A stretch of DNA of 64,000 nucleotides, taken from Stegostoma tigrinum (lineage: Eukaryota). Position 1 is the first letter of the stretch. Every line of letters starts with the position of its first letter. The stretch is taken from NCBI RefSeq assembly GCF_030684315.1, contig NC_081392.1, forward strand, positions 558,001-622,000, in the 5' to 3' direction. The notes under the pieces are model-generated. The model did not search any database and was not told the DNA's origin. It worked only from the letters and a program-made list of their open reading frames with translations. The position numbers and the translations under genes were made by a program. This document shows, in pieces, positions 37,671-50,154 of the stretch.

Positions 37671-38655
37671 CTGACGGTACCAAACGAATCTTCCTTCCCC
37701 CTATCAAGCGTAAAAAAGTCTTTTAAAACAAAGCCGCTTAATGGTTTGTAACACGAATTAATTTTGATATTTTATAAAAATATTCGTTATCGGTTACGGT
37801 AAAAAGTCCAGCCACTTTTGAAGATCAAACAAAATGTCTGCAATGGGCGGTTGTTTGGGTGGGGGGCGGGGGCGCGTTTTGGTGGCGGGAGTATGGGATG
37901 CGGCGGTTTGGAGATAATGGTGGTGGTGGTCGTCGCCGAGTAGGTATACTGACCACTCCGGAGACGACCATGTGATATGGTTGTAACCAGGAACGTGTGT
38001 AGAAACTCAACAGCAGTTTTCGTACCTTCACACAAAAGAGACAACGATGTTTAGGCCTTGACAGGAAGGGAGAGAGAGGCAGAAGAAGGCGGAGAGATGG
38101 AAATGTATGATCAATGATGAAGTAGGCACATTATTTTTGTAAGAGAATTTGCAAGAATTTGTAAGAGAACTTTTTCTATTGTTCAGAGAAAGTGAAGTTG
38201 TGGACTTTTAAGCGCTTTGAAATCAATAGAGTGGCGCTTACAACTGTTCGAAAATTGTCAAGAGGCTAAGTGAAATGGCTTTCAGAAGCTTCTGGGAGGC
38301 TCACCCTCATCTGACAAGGAGACGGATCTTGCGGGAAATCTTGAAGCAGATTGCTGCGATATGGGCACATAGTAGTTAAGAATTGACAAACTCAATTAAC
38401 CAGAGTAATCATTTTCGTCATGTCAATTTGTGTGTGAGAGTTTTTCTGTAGATTTCCGTTTTAATTGTCTTTCCAAGCGATGTTTCGTCTACCTTGAAGT
38501 TCGTTTGTTTACCACGATAAAAGTTTATTTGCACGAAATTTAGCTTCCCGAGCCGACTCTGCCATTTAGTAAGATCAGAACGGACTTGATTGTGGCCTTA
38601 ACTCTGCATTTCTGATCCGCCTTACTCATCTTTAACTTAGACTCCTCACAACTTT

Positions 38656-38932
38656 GGGGCGGCACGGTGGCTCAGTGGTAAGCACTGCAGCCTCACAACA
38701 CCAGGGACCCAGGTTCGATTCCAGCCTCGGGTAATTGTCAGTGTGGAGTTTGCACTGGGTTTCCTCCCAAAGTCCAAAAATGTGCAGGCTAGGTGGATTG
38801 GCCATGCTAAATTGCCCATAGTGTTCAGGGTTTGTGGGTTATTGGGGAATGGGTCTGGGTGGGATGCTCCAAAGGGCGGTGTGGACTTGTTGGGCCGAAG
38901 GGCCTGTTTCCACACTGTAGGGAATCTAATCA
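38656..38932 (+). mobile_element. HE1-type V-SINE with internal deletions
   Basis: Same family. Confidence 0.88.
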
Positions 38933-39431
38933 AAAAAAGACTTCAAATCTCTGTACACCTTCAGTTTGAATATGACAGTGCCATAACTCGCTCAAGTCGT
39001 GAATTCCAAAGATTCATGACCGCTGAGAACTATTCATTGTCTCCGTTTTAAATGGGTCATTCCCCAATCAACGTAAACCTAAAGTTTTAGATTCTCGACG
39101 CGGGCGTATGCTGTCAAAACTTACACTGTTAATTAATCCTCAACATTATCTGTTGGAATAAGATAACCTTCTAAACTGCATTTTAAGCACGTTGTGGGCA
39201 TCACCACGGAGAGAACAGTTTCTCTTGATTAAACTTCTTCTGCCCATCATTAACAGTTCAATTCGATAATCCACTTAATTCGATAATCGCTAATATTTTA
39301 AATTCAAAGCAATGCCAGAGATGTCGGGCACGCTCCAAACTCGCCGGCCCGCAGCCTTTTAAGCCTCGCTATGATTCTGATTAACTTGAACTTTGATCTA
39401 TGCAGTTTTGACCGGACAGCTAATTTCTTCA

Positions 39432-39574
39432 TAGATAATAAAACGTGAGGCTGGATGAACACAGCAGGCCCAGCAGCATCTCAGGTGCTCCTGAGATGCT
39501 GCTGGGCCTGCTGTGTTCATTCAGCCTCACATTTTATTATCTTGGATTCTCCAGCATCTGCAGTTCCCATTATC
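39432..39574. mobile_element. Short fold-back Penelope-terminus element
   Basis: Inverted arms; 16-bp TSD ACAGCTAATTTCTTCA at 39416-39431 and 39575-39590. Confidence 0.9.
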
Positions 39575-39914
39575 ACAGCTAATTTCTTCAGCTGTCTTTG
39601 CAACTTTCTGCTCCTGGCAGCTCGACAAGGAAGTGAAGGGCTGTTCTAATAATGGAGAAGGGTGAGGCCATTATTTCAGTGGGAAGAGACTTGACGCAAA
39701 TCAAAAAGAAGAGGTAGGAGGCCAGTATCTTTTGCGTTCGTATTACCGACTATAAAGATTGTCTCTTGCTGGTGCTGTCCATCATGTTTCACCGTAAGCT
39801 TCTGTTTTCAAGCGACAATTCTCATTCTGAACTCTTGTTTCTCTATTTTTCTAATATATTGTTGTATATTTTGTTTTTTTTTCCTTTCTTTGCCACAAGA
39901 ATGTGTACTTAAGA

Positions 39915-42120
39915 AAACTCGAAAGAACTGCGGATGCTGTAAATCAGGACCAAAAACAAGAGTTGCTGGAAAAGCTATGAATGTCTGGCAGCGTATGTGA
40001 AGAAAAAAATCAGAGTTAACGTTTCGGGTCCGGTGACTGTTCCTCAGAACTGTTGGTTGCACGGACAACATTGGTTTATATGCAGAAAATAAATATTGAT
40101 AAAGATAAAAATAAATATTGATAAATAAAGATTGACAAGTCCCCAGGGCCAGACCAGATTTATCCTAGGTTGCTCCAGGAAGCGAGAAAGGAGGTTGCTA
40201 AGCCTCTGGCAAAAATCTTTGCTTCTTCACTCTCCACGGGAGTCATACCGGAAGATTGGAGGGAGGCAAATGTTGTTCCTGTTTTCAAGAAAGGGAATAG
40301 GGAAATCCCTGGAAATTACAGACCAGTCAGTCTTAAGTCTGTGGTCAGCAACGTTTTGGAAAGAATTCTGAGGGATAGGATTTATGACTATTTGGAAAAA
40401 CATAGCGTGATTAAAGGGAGTCAGCATGGCTTTGTGAGGGGCAGGTCATGCCTTATAAATCTTACTGAGTTCTTTGAGGAAGTCACGAGACAGGTTGATG
40501 AGGGTCGAGCAGTGGATGTGGTGTACATGGGCTTCAGCAAGGCATTTGATAAGATTCCCCACGGCATGCTCATTCATAAAGTCAGGAGGTATGGGATACA
40601 GGGTGATTTGGCTGTCTGGATTCAGAATTGGTTGGCTGACAGGAGGCAGAGCGTGGTTGTAGATGGTAAGCATTCTGCCTGGAGATGAGTGCTGAGTGGT
40701 GTCCCACAGGGCTCTGTTCTTGGGCCTCTGTTCTTTGTAGTTTTTATAAATGACTTAGATGAGGAGGTTAAGGGGTGGGTTAGTATGTTTGCAGATGACA
40801 CAAAGGTTGGAGGTGCCGCTAATAGTATTGAGGGCTATTGCAGGCTTCGGCGAGACATTGACAGAATGCAGAGCTGGGCTGAGAAATGGCAGATGGAGTT
40901 CAACCTGGATAAATGCGAAGTGATGCATTTTGGAAGGTCGAACTTAAATGCTGAATATAGGATTAAAGGCAGGATTCTCAGCAGTGTGAGGGAACAGCGG
41001 GATCTTGGTGTTCAAGTACATAGCTCCCGCAAAGTTGCCACCCAGGTGGATAAGGTTGTTAAGAAAGCATATGGTGTTTTGGCTTTCATTAACAGGGGGA
41101 TCGAGTTTAAGAGCCACGAGGTTATGCTGCAGCTCTACAAAGCCCTGGTGAGACCACACTTGGAATATTGTGTCCAGTTCTGGTCGTCCTGTTATAGGAA
41201 AGATGTGGAGGCTTTGGAGAGGGTGCAAAAGAGGTTTACCAGGATGCTGCCTGGACTGGAGGGCTTGTCTTATGAGGAGAGGTTGACTGAGCTCGGACTT
41301 TTCTCTCTGGAGAGAAGGAGGAAGAGAGGTGACCTGATCGAGGTGTACAAGGTAATGAGAGGCATGGATACAGTCGATAGCCAGAGACTTTTCCCCATGG
41401 CAGGATTGACTGCCTCGAGGGGTCATAGTTTTAAGGTGGTCGGAGGAAGGTATAGAGGAGACGTTAGAGGGAGGCTCTTCACCCAGAGAGTTGTGAGCAC
41501 ATGGAATAGTTTGCCAGTGGTAATCGTGGAAGCAGAGTCATTAGTGACATTTCAGCGACTGCTGGACATGCACATGGGCAGCAGTGAATTGAGGGGAATA
41601 TAGGTTGGGTTATTTTATTTTTGGATTAGGATTATTCCAGAGCACAACATCGTGGGCCGAAGCGCCTGTACTGTGCTGTACTTTTTCTATGTTCTATGTC
41701 CTATGTTCTTCTAAAATAAGGTGAGGGTGGAGTAGGGAGTAAACGATAGGATAAAGGATAGATCCCAAAGAGAGAGAAGAGCATAGACAAAGGAATTGAT
41801 AATGGCCTGACTAGGAGGGCGAATGGCTGTAGTGGGGAGTGTCAGTGACTAACAATAGGTAGTGTGTAATGGCAGGCTATGTGATAACAAGGCCTGATAT
41901 TTGGGGTAGGGGGCTGAGACATTGGGAGTGTTTATGCTCTAAAATTATTGAACTGCATATTGATTCTGGAGGACTGCAGAGTCCACCAGTGGAAAATGAA
42001 CTGTTGGTCCTCCAGCTTGCAGTGAGCTTCGCTGGAACACTGCAGCAAGCCTGAGAGAGAGATTTTGGCCAGGGAGCAGGGTGGTGAATTAAAGTGGCAG
42101 GCAACTGGAAGCTCAGGATC
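39915..42120 (-). mobile_element. Penelope-like 3' fragment split by the CR1 at 40127-41710
   Basis: 39915-40090 and 41712-42120 are collinear with 2535-3060. Confidence 0.75.
40127..41710 (+). mobile_element. CR1 LINE 3' part, inside the V pseudogene intron
   Basis: NYRPVSL, GVPQGSVLGP, FADDTK with one in-frame stop; TTCTATG-type tail. Confidence 0.94.
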
Positions 42121-42490
42121 TTTGTACCTAGGTACGTTGCTACCTAAGATAGCACTTTCAAGTGGTGACTTGTAAACTCTTCACTGTACTTGTGCGAGTA
42201 TACGTGCAAATAAAGCTAATTCTAAATTCTCAAATTCTCTATTCCATACCTAACATTCATTTACACAGGATTCCCTCCTCATGCTCACTTTTTGTCCTCT
42301 TTCTATTTCTCTTAATTTAACTTTCTTTTCCCTCCTTCTTGTTTCTCCACGGTTCATGGTGTTGTTATTTTCTGACGTCTTCCTATCCCTGTGTTTTTTA
42401 CAGCTGTAAGGTCAGATACTCTGCCAGTTTCCCTTCACCATCTCCAAATGACCTGGGAATAGAGTGAACTGCAGTGTACCTGTGAGAGGA

Positions 42491-42853
42491 CATAAAACAT
42501 TACAGCACAGTACAGGCCCTTCGGCCCTCAAAGTTGTGCCGACCTGTCATACCAATCTGACCTTCTAACCTACACTATTCCATGTACGTCCATATGCTTA
42601 TCCAATGATGACTTACATGTACCTAAAGTTGGCGAATCTACTACTGTTGCAGGCAAAGCGTTCCATTCCCTTACTACTCTCTGAGTAAAGAAACTACCTC
42701 TGACATCTGTCCTATATCTTTCACCCCTCAATTTAAAGCTATGCCCCCTCGTGCTCGCTGTCACCATCCTAGGAAAAAGGATCTCCCTATCCACCCTATC
42801 TAACCCTTTGATTATTTTATATGTTTAAATTAAGTCACCTCTCAACCTTCTTC
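42491..42853 (-). mobile_element. CR1 3' fragment inserted in the V pseudogene exon
   Basis: TRGHSFKL..FFTQRVVREWNALP and CR1 3' UTR. Confidence 0.88.
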
Positions 42854-43759
42854 TGGTGGTGGAGTGGTTTCTTTGATGTTGATGAAAGCAGACATCCTTG
42901 GAAACGGTGCTGCACGTCTCATTTCACTTTGGTACTGCACATCATGTGAATCCAGGGAGCCAGTGGATGGTTTCACTGCCGTGCGACCAACAGGTTACAA
43001 GTTCTAGTTGAACACCTCATGGCGAATCATTCTTGTTGAAGACCTCAAGGTGAATCATTCAGCCGAGATTATTGGGTTCACAGTGACTGAGAAATGTAAG
43101 CATGTCAACAAAAACCCAAAAATGGCATAAATAACTGTTTAATTCAAAAAAACATACATTACTATGTGTTCACAGGGAATGCTAACAGAAGACATAAGGG
43201 AAGTCTTTAAACTAGGGTTGTAAGAAGGATCCCGACCAGAATCGTTGACTTTCCTACTCCTCTGATGCTGCCTTACCTATTGTCTTCCTCCAGCTCCACA
43301 CTGGGTTGACTCTGACTCTAGCATCTGCAGTTTCTACTATCTCTTTAAAATTCTGACATGGAATGCAGGGGGTAAACGGTCAGCTGCTCATAAATTCAGA
43401 AGTAAATGTTATAAAGATGAAATGGGAGGGCGTTGACATATTGGGATTGTGTCTAGATCACTGTATTGGAATTTGAATTTCAAACAAGTGGTGTTAAACA
43501 TATACAAAGCAATTGTGCACCATTGTCTCATCTCCATTAGACAGTAAGACATAGACCCAGAAGTAGCCATTCACCTCATTCAGTCTGCTATGCCATTCAA
43601 TGAGATCATGGCTTATCTGATAAACCTCAAGCCTACTTTCTTGTCTTCTCTCATAATCCTTCCTGAAATACAGTGTATCTTAGCCTTGAGTGTATGGAAT
43701 GACGCAGCTTCAATAGTCCTCTGTGGCAAACAATCCCCTAGATATATGGCGCTGACAGC

Positions 43760-45210
43760 ACTCTGGCAATAGCAGTGACAACTTGCATTCCTGAACTAGC
43801 GCAATCCTGGGTCAACTTGTACTTGTACAGCTGAAGCATTGGCACCTACCTGACAATATGGAAAGTTGTCTTGGAATATCCTGTATGCACAAAACAAGAA
43901 CAATTGGACACAGCCAGTCACCGCATCATCAGTCTACACTTGATCATCATTAAGGTGATGGAAGTGATCACAACAGCTCTTGTTTAGACATAACCTGTTT
44001 CCTGGCGTTCAGTTTGAATTCCATCAGACACCCAGCCCTTGACCTCTTTACAACTTTAGTTTAAACATGTCAAAAATTGCTGAATTCCAGAGGTGATATA
44101 AAAGCAACTGCTCTTGGCACCAAGACAGTGTGAGTGTGACATCAATTAACCCCTAGCTAAATTATGGTTATTGGTAATGAAAAAAAAACCCCTGTCCATT
44201 GGCTGCAGTCACACCTGGCACAAAAGATGACTGTGGTGGTAATTGCAAGCCAGTCATCTCAATTCCAGGGCATCACAGCAGGTGATCCTCAGGGTAGTGT
44301 CCTCAGACCAACCATCTTCAGCTTCTTCATAAACGACCTTCCTTCAAACATCAGGTCATAAGTGACGTTGTTCAGTATCCCTTGTGACTCCTCAGAAAGC
44401 GAAGCAGTCAATATCCACATACAGGAAGTTTGGTGAAACATCAGATTGTGCTGACAAGTGGCAATTAACATCCCCATTACACAAACGCCAGACAAACATC
44501 ATCTCCAACATCAGAGAATCAAGCCATCACTGCCTAGCATTCAAAGACATTACCATCACTGAATCAGCCATTACCAACAGGCCTGAATTGACCAGAAATA
44601 AAATTGGACTATTCATATGAATTCATATCAGCAGCAGGTAAACTTGAGGATTCTGCTAAGAACAATTCACTTCATGTTTCCTCAAAACATGCCGACCATT
44701 TACAAGGCACGAGGTGCACTGGAGTGTGATGGGATATGTCACACTCACCTGGATGGGTGCACTCCAACGATGCTCAAGAAGGTTGAAACCATCCAAGGAA
44801 AAGCAACCCTCTTGATCGCACCATGCCTACAATATTTCAGGTTCACTCCCTTTTTCACCAACGGGCAGTGGCAGTAGTGAGCACCATCCAAATGGTGCAA
44901 AGTTGTAACTCACCAAGGCTTCTTTGACAGTGTGTTCCAAACCCACGACTACTACCATCTGGAAGAACAAGGATAGCAAATGTTTAGGGACACAACAAAC
45001 CACAAATGCCCATCCACGTCACGCAGCTTCCTAAGTTGGAAATATATCATGTTCCTTTACAGGTCTGGGTCTAACTTTTGCAAGCACTCCTTTCTAGCAC
45101 TGTAGGTGGTATCACAACCTCGGTTCAAGAAGGCTGTCACATTCTACAGGGTAATTAGGGATAGAGAATACATGCTGGCATGACCAATGGCCACCAAGTC
45201 CCATGAATAT
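43760..45210 (+). mobile_element. Old CR1/L2-group LINE RT fragment with 3' tail
   Basis: ITAGDPQGSVLRPTIFSFFINDLP; tail resembles the SINE tail at ~35080-35130. Confidence 0.7.
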
Positions 45211-46134
45211 ATATAAAGGGATAACGAGGCATTCTTCTTCTAGCCCCAGTTCTGATGTATTTGAATGCAATTTAAACCTAGAGATCTGAATTGGATTGAG
45301 AGATTTAGGTATGGAGTTGCAAAGTTAGAGAAGTTATAAAATAGTTGTACGTTCTGGTCGATGGACAAAAGGAGTTGATTAAACAAGAAAGAAGGATAGA
45401 AATAATCGCAAGTAGACTGAAAGAAGCACGAAGGGAAGAAAGGAAAAGCGAAGGTGACGGAAATAACAAGACGTGGATTTTTTGTTCTGAAAACAAAAAT
45501 GCTGAAAATCTCAGCGTGTCAGGCAGCATTCGCAGAGAGAGAGAGAGCTAACGTTTCGACGGTGGAAGACTCTTCATCATGGGGTTTTGTTCTGTGATTC
45601 CGATTCATTTCTCCACAGGTTCAGCAGAAGGCACTCTTCACCAACGTCTGACCATTTTCGGACAGGAGGAGATAATTCAGCGTATCTAGAGCCTGTTAGA
45701 AATGAAGAAGGCGAAGCCTCTTGGCCCTCATTGCGAGCTTTTTATGTAGAAACGCGAGGAACACATCTCAATGACGTGAAATAGGAATTCTTTTCCATTC
45801 AACCCCATTGGTAGTGTTACATATTTTTAAAAGGAGGCTAATTCGACACCGACCCCACCCTTCCGAAGCATCAATACAGGAATAGAGGGGGAAATTTAGC
45901 CCACTGAGATATGTTTAGTAGAACAGGACGAGGAGGAGGCATTCAATCCATGGGGTTTCTTAGACTGGCTCACCATAAGCTCCATTCAGTTCTTCGAAGC
46001 GATTACACGGGCTGTTAGGTTGTAGCTCGCCAAGGCAATCATTCAGATAAGACATCTTCAGGAATTCTGTGTGCAAGTGGGAATCCAGCTACGTTTAGTC
46101 GAGTTTTCCTTAAAACAGCTTAAGAGGAATTCTA

Positions 46135-46278
46135 CTTAATTTGCATACTGATTCTGATAGGGTAGAAAGGCGAGGGATGTGTCCACGTTCTTGACGTCTT
46201 GGGCTTTTGCTGACTCATTTCAGAAGATTCCACGCTCCTCCGACACTTGATTTACTAAGATAATATTACCAAGCCAAG
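46135..46278 (+). promoter_or_regulatory. Putative V promoter
   Basis: Octamer ATTTGCAT 46139-46146, CRE-like TGACGTCT 46192-46199 and AP-1 TGACTCA 46211-46217 upstream of the leader ATG. Confidence 0.5.
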
Positions 46279-46767
46279 ATGTATCTGTTACTTGGTCTAT
46301 GGATCATCTTCCACAGTAAGCAAATTTTCAAAAGAAAGCTCCTATTTTTGATCTTTCTTCCACTTATTTCGTTTTTTAAAATATTTTGATTCGTTCTTTC
46401 CATTTCCATCTCTCCTTTTTTCCGTTATCCGAATGATCAAATTTAACGAGTTTTCTCCTCTCTTTGTACAGGGGTACATTCGCAGACTATTCGCCTTACT
46501 CCAGCAGCCGTCTCGAACAATCCTGGGGAAAACGTCGAACTGAAGTGCTCTGTACTGGGTACCAGCAATCTTAACATGTACTGGTACAGGCAACAACCGG
46601 GGAGAGAGCCGCAGCTGATGTTTTACTCCGTGCTAACTGACTCTGTGGATCCAAAGACAGCGGTTGACGGTTTTACCGCCGAGCGACCGAGTAGCTCCGA
46701 GTTCTACCTGAAGGCCTCCAGCCTGTGGGTGAATCATTCGGCTGTGTATTACTGCGCCTGGAGTGTT
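46279..46767 (+). CDS. TRBV: T-cell receptor V segment with open frame, TRBV30-like (leader exon 46279-46315, V exon 46472-46767)
   Basis: Leader MYLLLGLWIIFH+A|GTAAG, acceptor TACAG ending 46471, in-frame RVHSQTIRLTPAAVSNNPGENVELKCSVLGTSNLNMYWYRQQPG...YYCAWSV. Clear paralogue of the V at 27670. Confidence 0.92.
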
Positions 46768-46802
46768 CACAGTGATTCGGAGGGAGCAGCTCAACAAAAA
46801 CC
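46768..46802 (+). other. RSS with consensus heptamer and nonamer but a 19-nt spacer
   Basis: CACAGTG (46768-46774), ATTCGGAGGGAGCAGCTCA (19 nt), ACAAAAACC (46794-46802). Confidence 0.93.
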
Positions 46803-46947
46803 CCAAATGCCGCAGGAAATTACTGTTCTGAACAAAACGGTGTACAGGCAGGGCCCGCTGTGTTATTTTGTAGAACGAACATGTTTGTCACGTTAAGAAC
46901 TATTATGCAAGGAATAGAGCGAATTATTGGCGGATTTAAGATAAATG

Positions 46948-49127
46948 CAAGATAACAAGGTGTGGAGCTAGATGAACACAGCAGGCTAAGAAGAATCTTA
47001 GGAGCAGGAAAGCTGGCGTTTCGGGCCTAGACCCTTCATCAGAAATGGGGGAGGGGTAGAGGGTTATGAAATAGGAGAAGTGGAGAGGAGACAGACAAGT
47101 CAAAGAGGTGGGGTTGGAGTCGGTAAAGGTGAGTGTAAGTGGGGAGGGAGGGAGGAGATAGGTCAGCCCAGGGAGGACAGACAGACCAAGGGATGAGGTT
47201 AGTAGGTAGGAAATGGGGGTGGGGCTTGAGGTGAGAGGGGATAGGTGAGAGGAAGAACAGGTTAAGAGGCTGGGACGAGCTGAGCTGGTTTGATGTGGAA
47301 AGTCTTCTTGGGGCCTGGGACGGGGTGAGGGAGGAGGTCGGGGGCACAGAGAGAGTGGTCCCTCCAGAAAGCAGACAAGGGTGGGGAGGGAAAAATGTCT
47401 TTGGTGGTGGGGTCGGATTGCAGATGGCGGAAGTGTCTGAGGATGATGCGTTGGATCCGGAGGTTGGTGGGGTGGTAAATGAGGACGAGGGGGATTCTTT
47501 GTTGATTGTCATTGCGGGGAGGGGGTGTGAGGGATGAATTGCGGGAAATGCGGGAGACACCGTCGAGGGCGCTTTCGACAACTGCGGGGTAAGTTGCGGT
47601 GCTTGAAAAACGAGGACATCTGAGATGTGCGGGACTGGAATGCTTCATCTTGGGAGCAGATGCGGTCGAGGTGAAGGAATTGGGAATAGGGGATGGCAGT
47701 TTTGGAGGAAGGTAGGTGGGAGGAGCTGCATCCTAGGTAGCTGTGGGTGTCATTTTCTCTCCCCAACCTTGTCTGCTTTCCGTAGGGACCACTCTGTCCG
47801 TGACTGCCTTGTCCGCTCCACACTCCCCTCCAACCCCACCACATCCTGCACTTTCCCCTGCAACCGCAGGAAGTGCTGCACCTGCCCCCGTGCCTCCTTC
47901 CCTCACCCCCATCCCAGGCCCCAAGAACACTTTCCTCATCAAGCAGATGTTCACCTGCATATCTGCCAATGTGGTATACTGCATCCGCTGTACCCGTCGT
48001 GGCCTCCTCTACATCGGGGAATCCAAGCAGAGGCTTGGGGACCGCTTTGCAGAACACCCTCGCTGGGTTCGCAATAAATGACTGCACCTCCCAGTCGCGA
48101 ACCATTTCAACTCACCCTCCCATTCCTCAGACGACATGTCCATCATGGGCCTCCTGCAGTGCCACAATGATGCCACCCGAAGGTTGCAGGAACAGCAACT
48201 CATATCCCGCTTGGGAACCCTGCAGCCCAATGGTATCAATGTGGATTTCACAGCCTTCAAATTCTTCTCTCCGCCCCCCCCCACCGCATCCCAAAACCAG
48301 CTCAGCTCGTCCCCGCCTCCTTAACCTATTCTTCCTCTCACCTGTCCCCTACTCCCACCTCACGCTGCACCCCTATTTCCTACCTACTAACCTCATCCCG
48401 CCCCCTTGACCTGTCTGTCCTCCCTGGACTGACTTATCTCTTCCCTACCACCACCCCTCCACAGAATCACCTTTACTGGCTCCATCCCCGCCTCTTTAAC
48501 TTGTCTGCCTGCTCTCACCTATCTTCTCCTCTATCCATCTTCGATCCGCCTCCCCCTCTCTCCCCATTTATTTCAGAACCCTCTCGCCAGAGGGAGCGGG
48601 ATAAGGTTAGTAGGTAGGAAATGGAGGTGCGGCTTGAGATGGGAGGCGGGGATACGTGAGAGGAAGAACAGGTTAGGCAGGCGGGGATGAGCTGGGCTGG
48701 TTTTGGGATGTATTGGGGGGAGAGGATATTTTGAAGCTGGTGAAATCCATATTGATACCATTGGGCTGTAGGGTTCCCAAGCGGAATATGAGTTGCTGTT
48801 CCTGCAACCTACGGGTGGCACCATAACGATGCCTACTAACCTCATCCCGCCCCCTTGACCTATCCGTCCTCCCCGGACTGACCTATCCCTTCCCTACCTC
48901 CCCACCCATACGCTCCTCTCCACCTATCTTCTCCTCTATCCATCTTCGGTCCGTCTCCCTCTCCCTATTTATTCCAGAACCCTCTCCCCATCCCCCTTTT
49001 CTGATGAAGGGTCTAGGCCCGAAACGTCAACCTTTGTGCTCCTAAGATGCTGCTTGGCCTGCTGTGTTCATCCAGCCCCATACTTTGTTATCTTGGATTC
49101 TCCAGCATCTGCAGTTCCCATTATCTC
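46948..49127. mobile_element. Rearranged Penelope-like cluster with alternating orientations
   Basis: Minus ~46948-47740, plus ~47750-48585 (GIY-YIG), minus ~48590-48825, plus ~48830-49127; terminal repeats at both outer ends. Confidence 0.85.
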
Positions 49128-50154
49128 GACAGGGCAAACGTCTTCGGTTTTCGCGCAGTCGAAGTTTCCATTCCCAAAATGGTCACCAGGGGCCGCCATA
49201 GCACAATGCAATACATTGAGGAGCACTGGAGAATGTAAAAGGTAAAAATAGCAGGAGATTGTCAGGATTAAGACGTTATAAGTATCAGGCAAGGCACTTT
49301 TTTAAAAAAAATGCGAATGGAACAAGAAGATTGAGTGCAGAACTGATCGGGTGTTGCTTGTACCAGTGCATGCAAGGATCGCTGGTGCTTAGTAAGTTGC
49401 TCTTCAGTTCCATTCCTCATGGACTTCGAACCAATGCCTGGGACAAAGACAAAGACAAAGAACTGATACAAGGGGCACACGTTTAAGGTGAAAGGCAGGC
49501 GGTTTAGAGAGTGCTTGAGGAAAGAAAGTCACCAAGAGAGTGTTAGGGAACTGAATAGTTAACGTATAGTTTGAGTTATAGGGACAAGTTGAGCAGACTT
49601 TTTTTTCCCCTGTGGCATTGAAGACCGAGGGGTGGCTTTGTGAAAATTTACAAAGTTCTCAGGGGCGTGGATGGGGTGAATGGAAAAAGTCGTTTTCCTA
49701 GGGTGGGATTGCATTTAGGGAACAGTAGCACCTATCATTCAGATATAGATGAAGATTGTGAGAGGCAAAGATATAAAAAGGACCTGAGGGTTTTTTAACG
49801 CAGAGGGTGGTGCGTGTAAGGAGATGCGTACAATAACAACACTTAAAAGGTATCTGGATGGGTGTATGAATAGGAAGGGTTTAGATGGATATGGATCAAA
49901 TGCTGGCAAATATGATTATGTTAGATTGGGATGTATGGTCAACATGGAAGAGTTGGACAAAAGAGTCTGTCTCTCTACTGTATGACTCTACAACTATGGC
50001 TCTATGACTCTTCATTTTCTGGATGAACTCAATCAATTCAGACTGGAGTTATCATTGCATTTAAGGAGAAGTGGCACAAAGATAGCATCAGGTCAATTCG
50101 AGTTCAGCCTTTCTATCAAGAGTATAACAAACAAAATGGAGGAGCTTCTGCTTG

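Larger units (their letters stand above)
39758..43116 (+). pseudogene. TCR V pseudogene of the same family: leader 39758-39793, V exon 42404-43078 interrupted by CR1, RSS 43079-43116
   Basis: Leader AT-TGT CTC TTG CTG GTG CTG TCC ATC ATG TTT CAC C|GTAAG has lost one base of its ATG. Acceptor TACAG ends at 42403. Frameshifted remnants read PVDGFTAVRP and VNHSA. RSS is CACAGTG-22nt-ACAAAAACC. Confidence 0.85.

Noticed and set aside
37850-37940. G-rich, CpG-rich patch (possible promoter or G-quadruplex)
   Set aside because: No associated exon or paralogous match was found.
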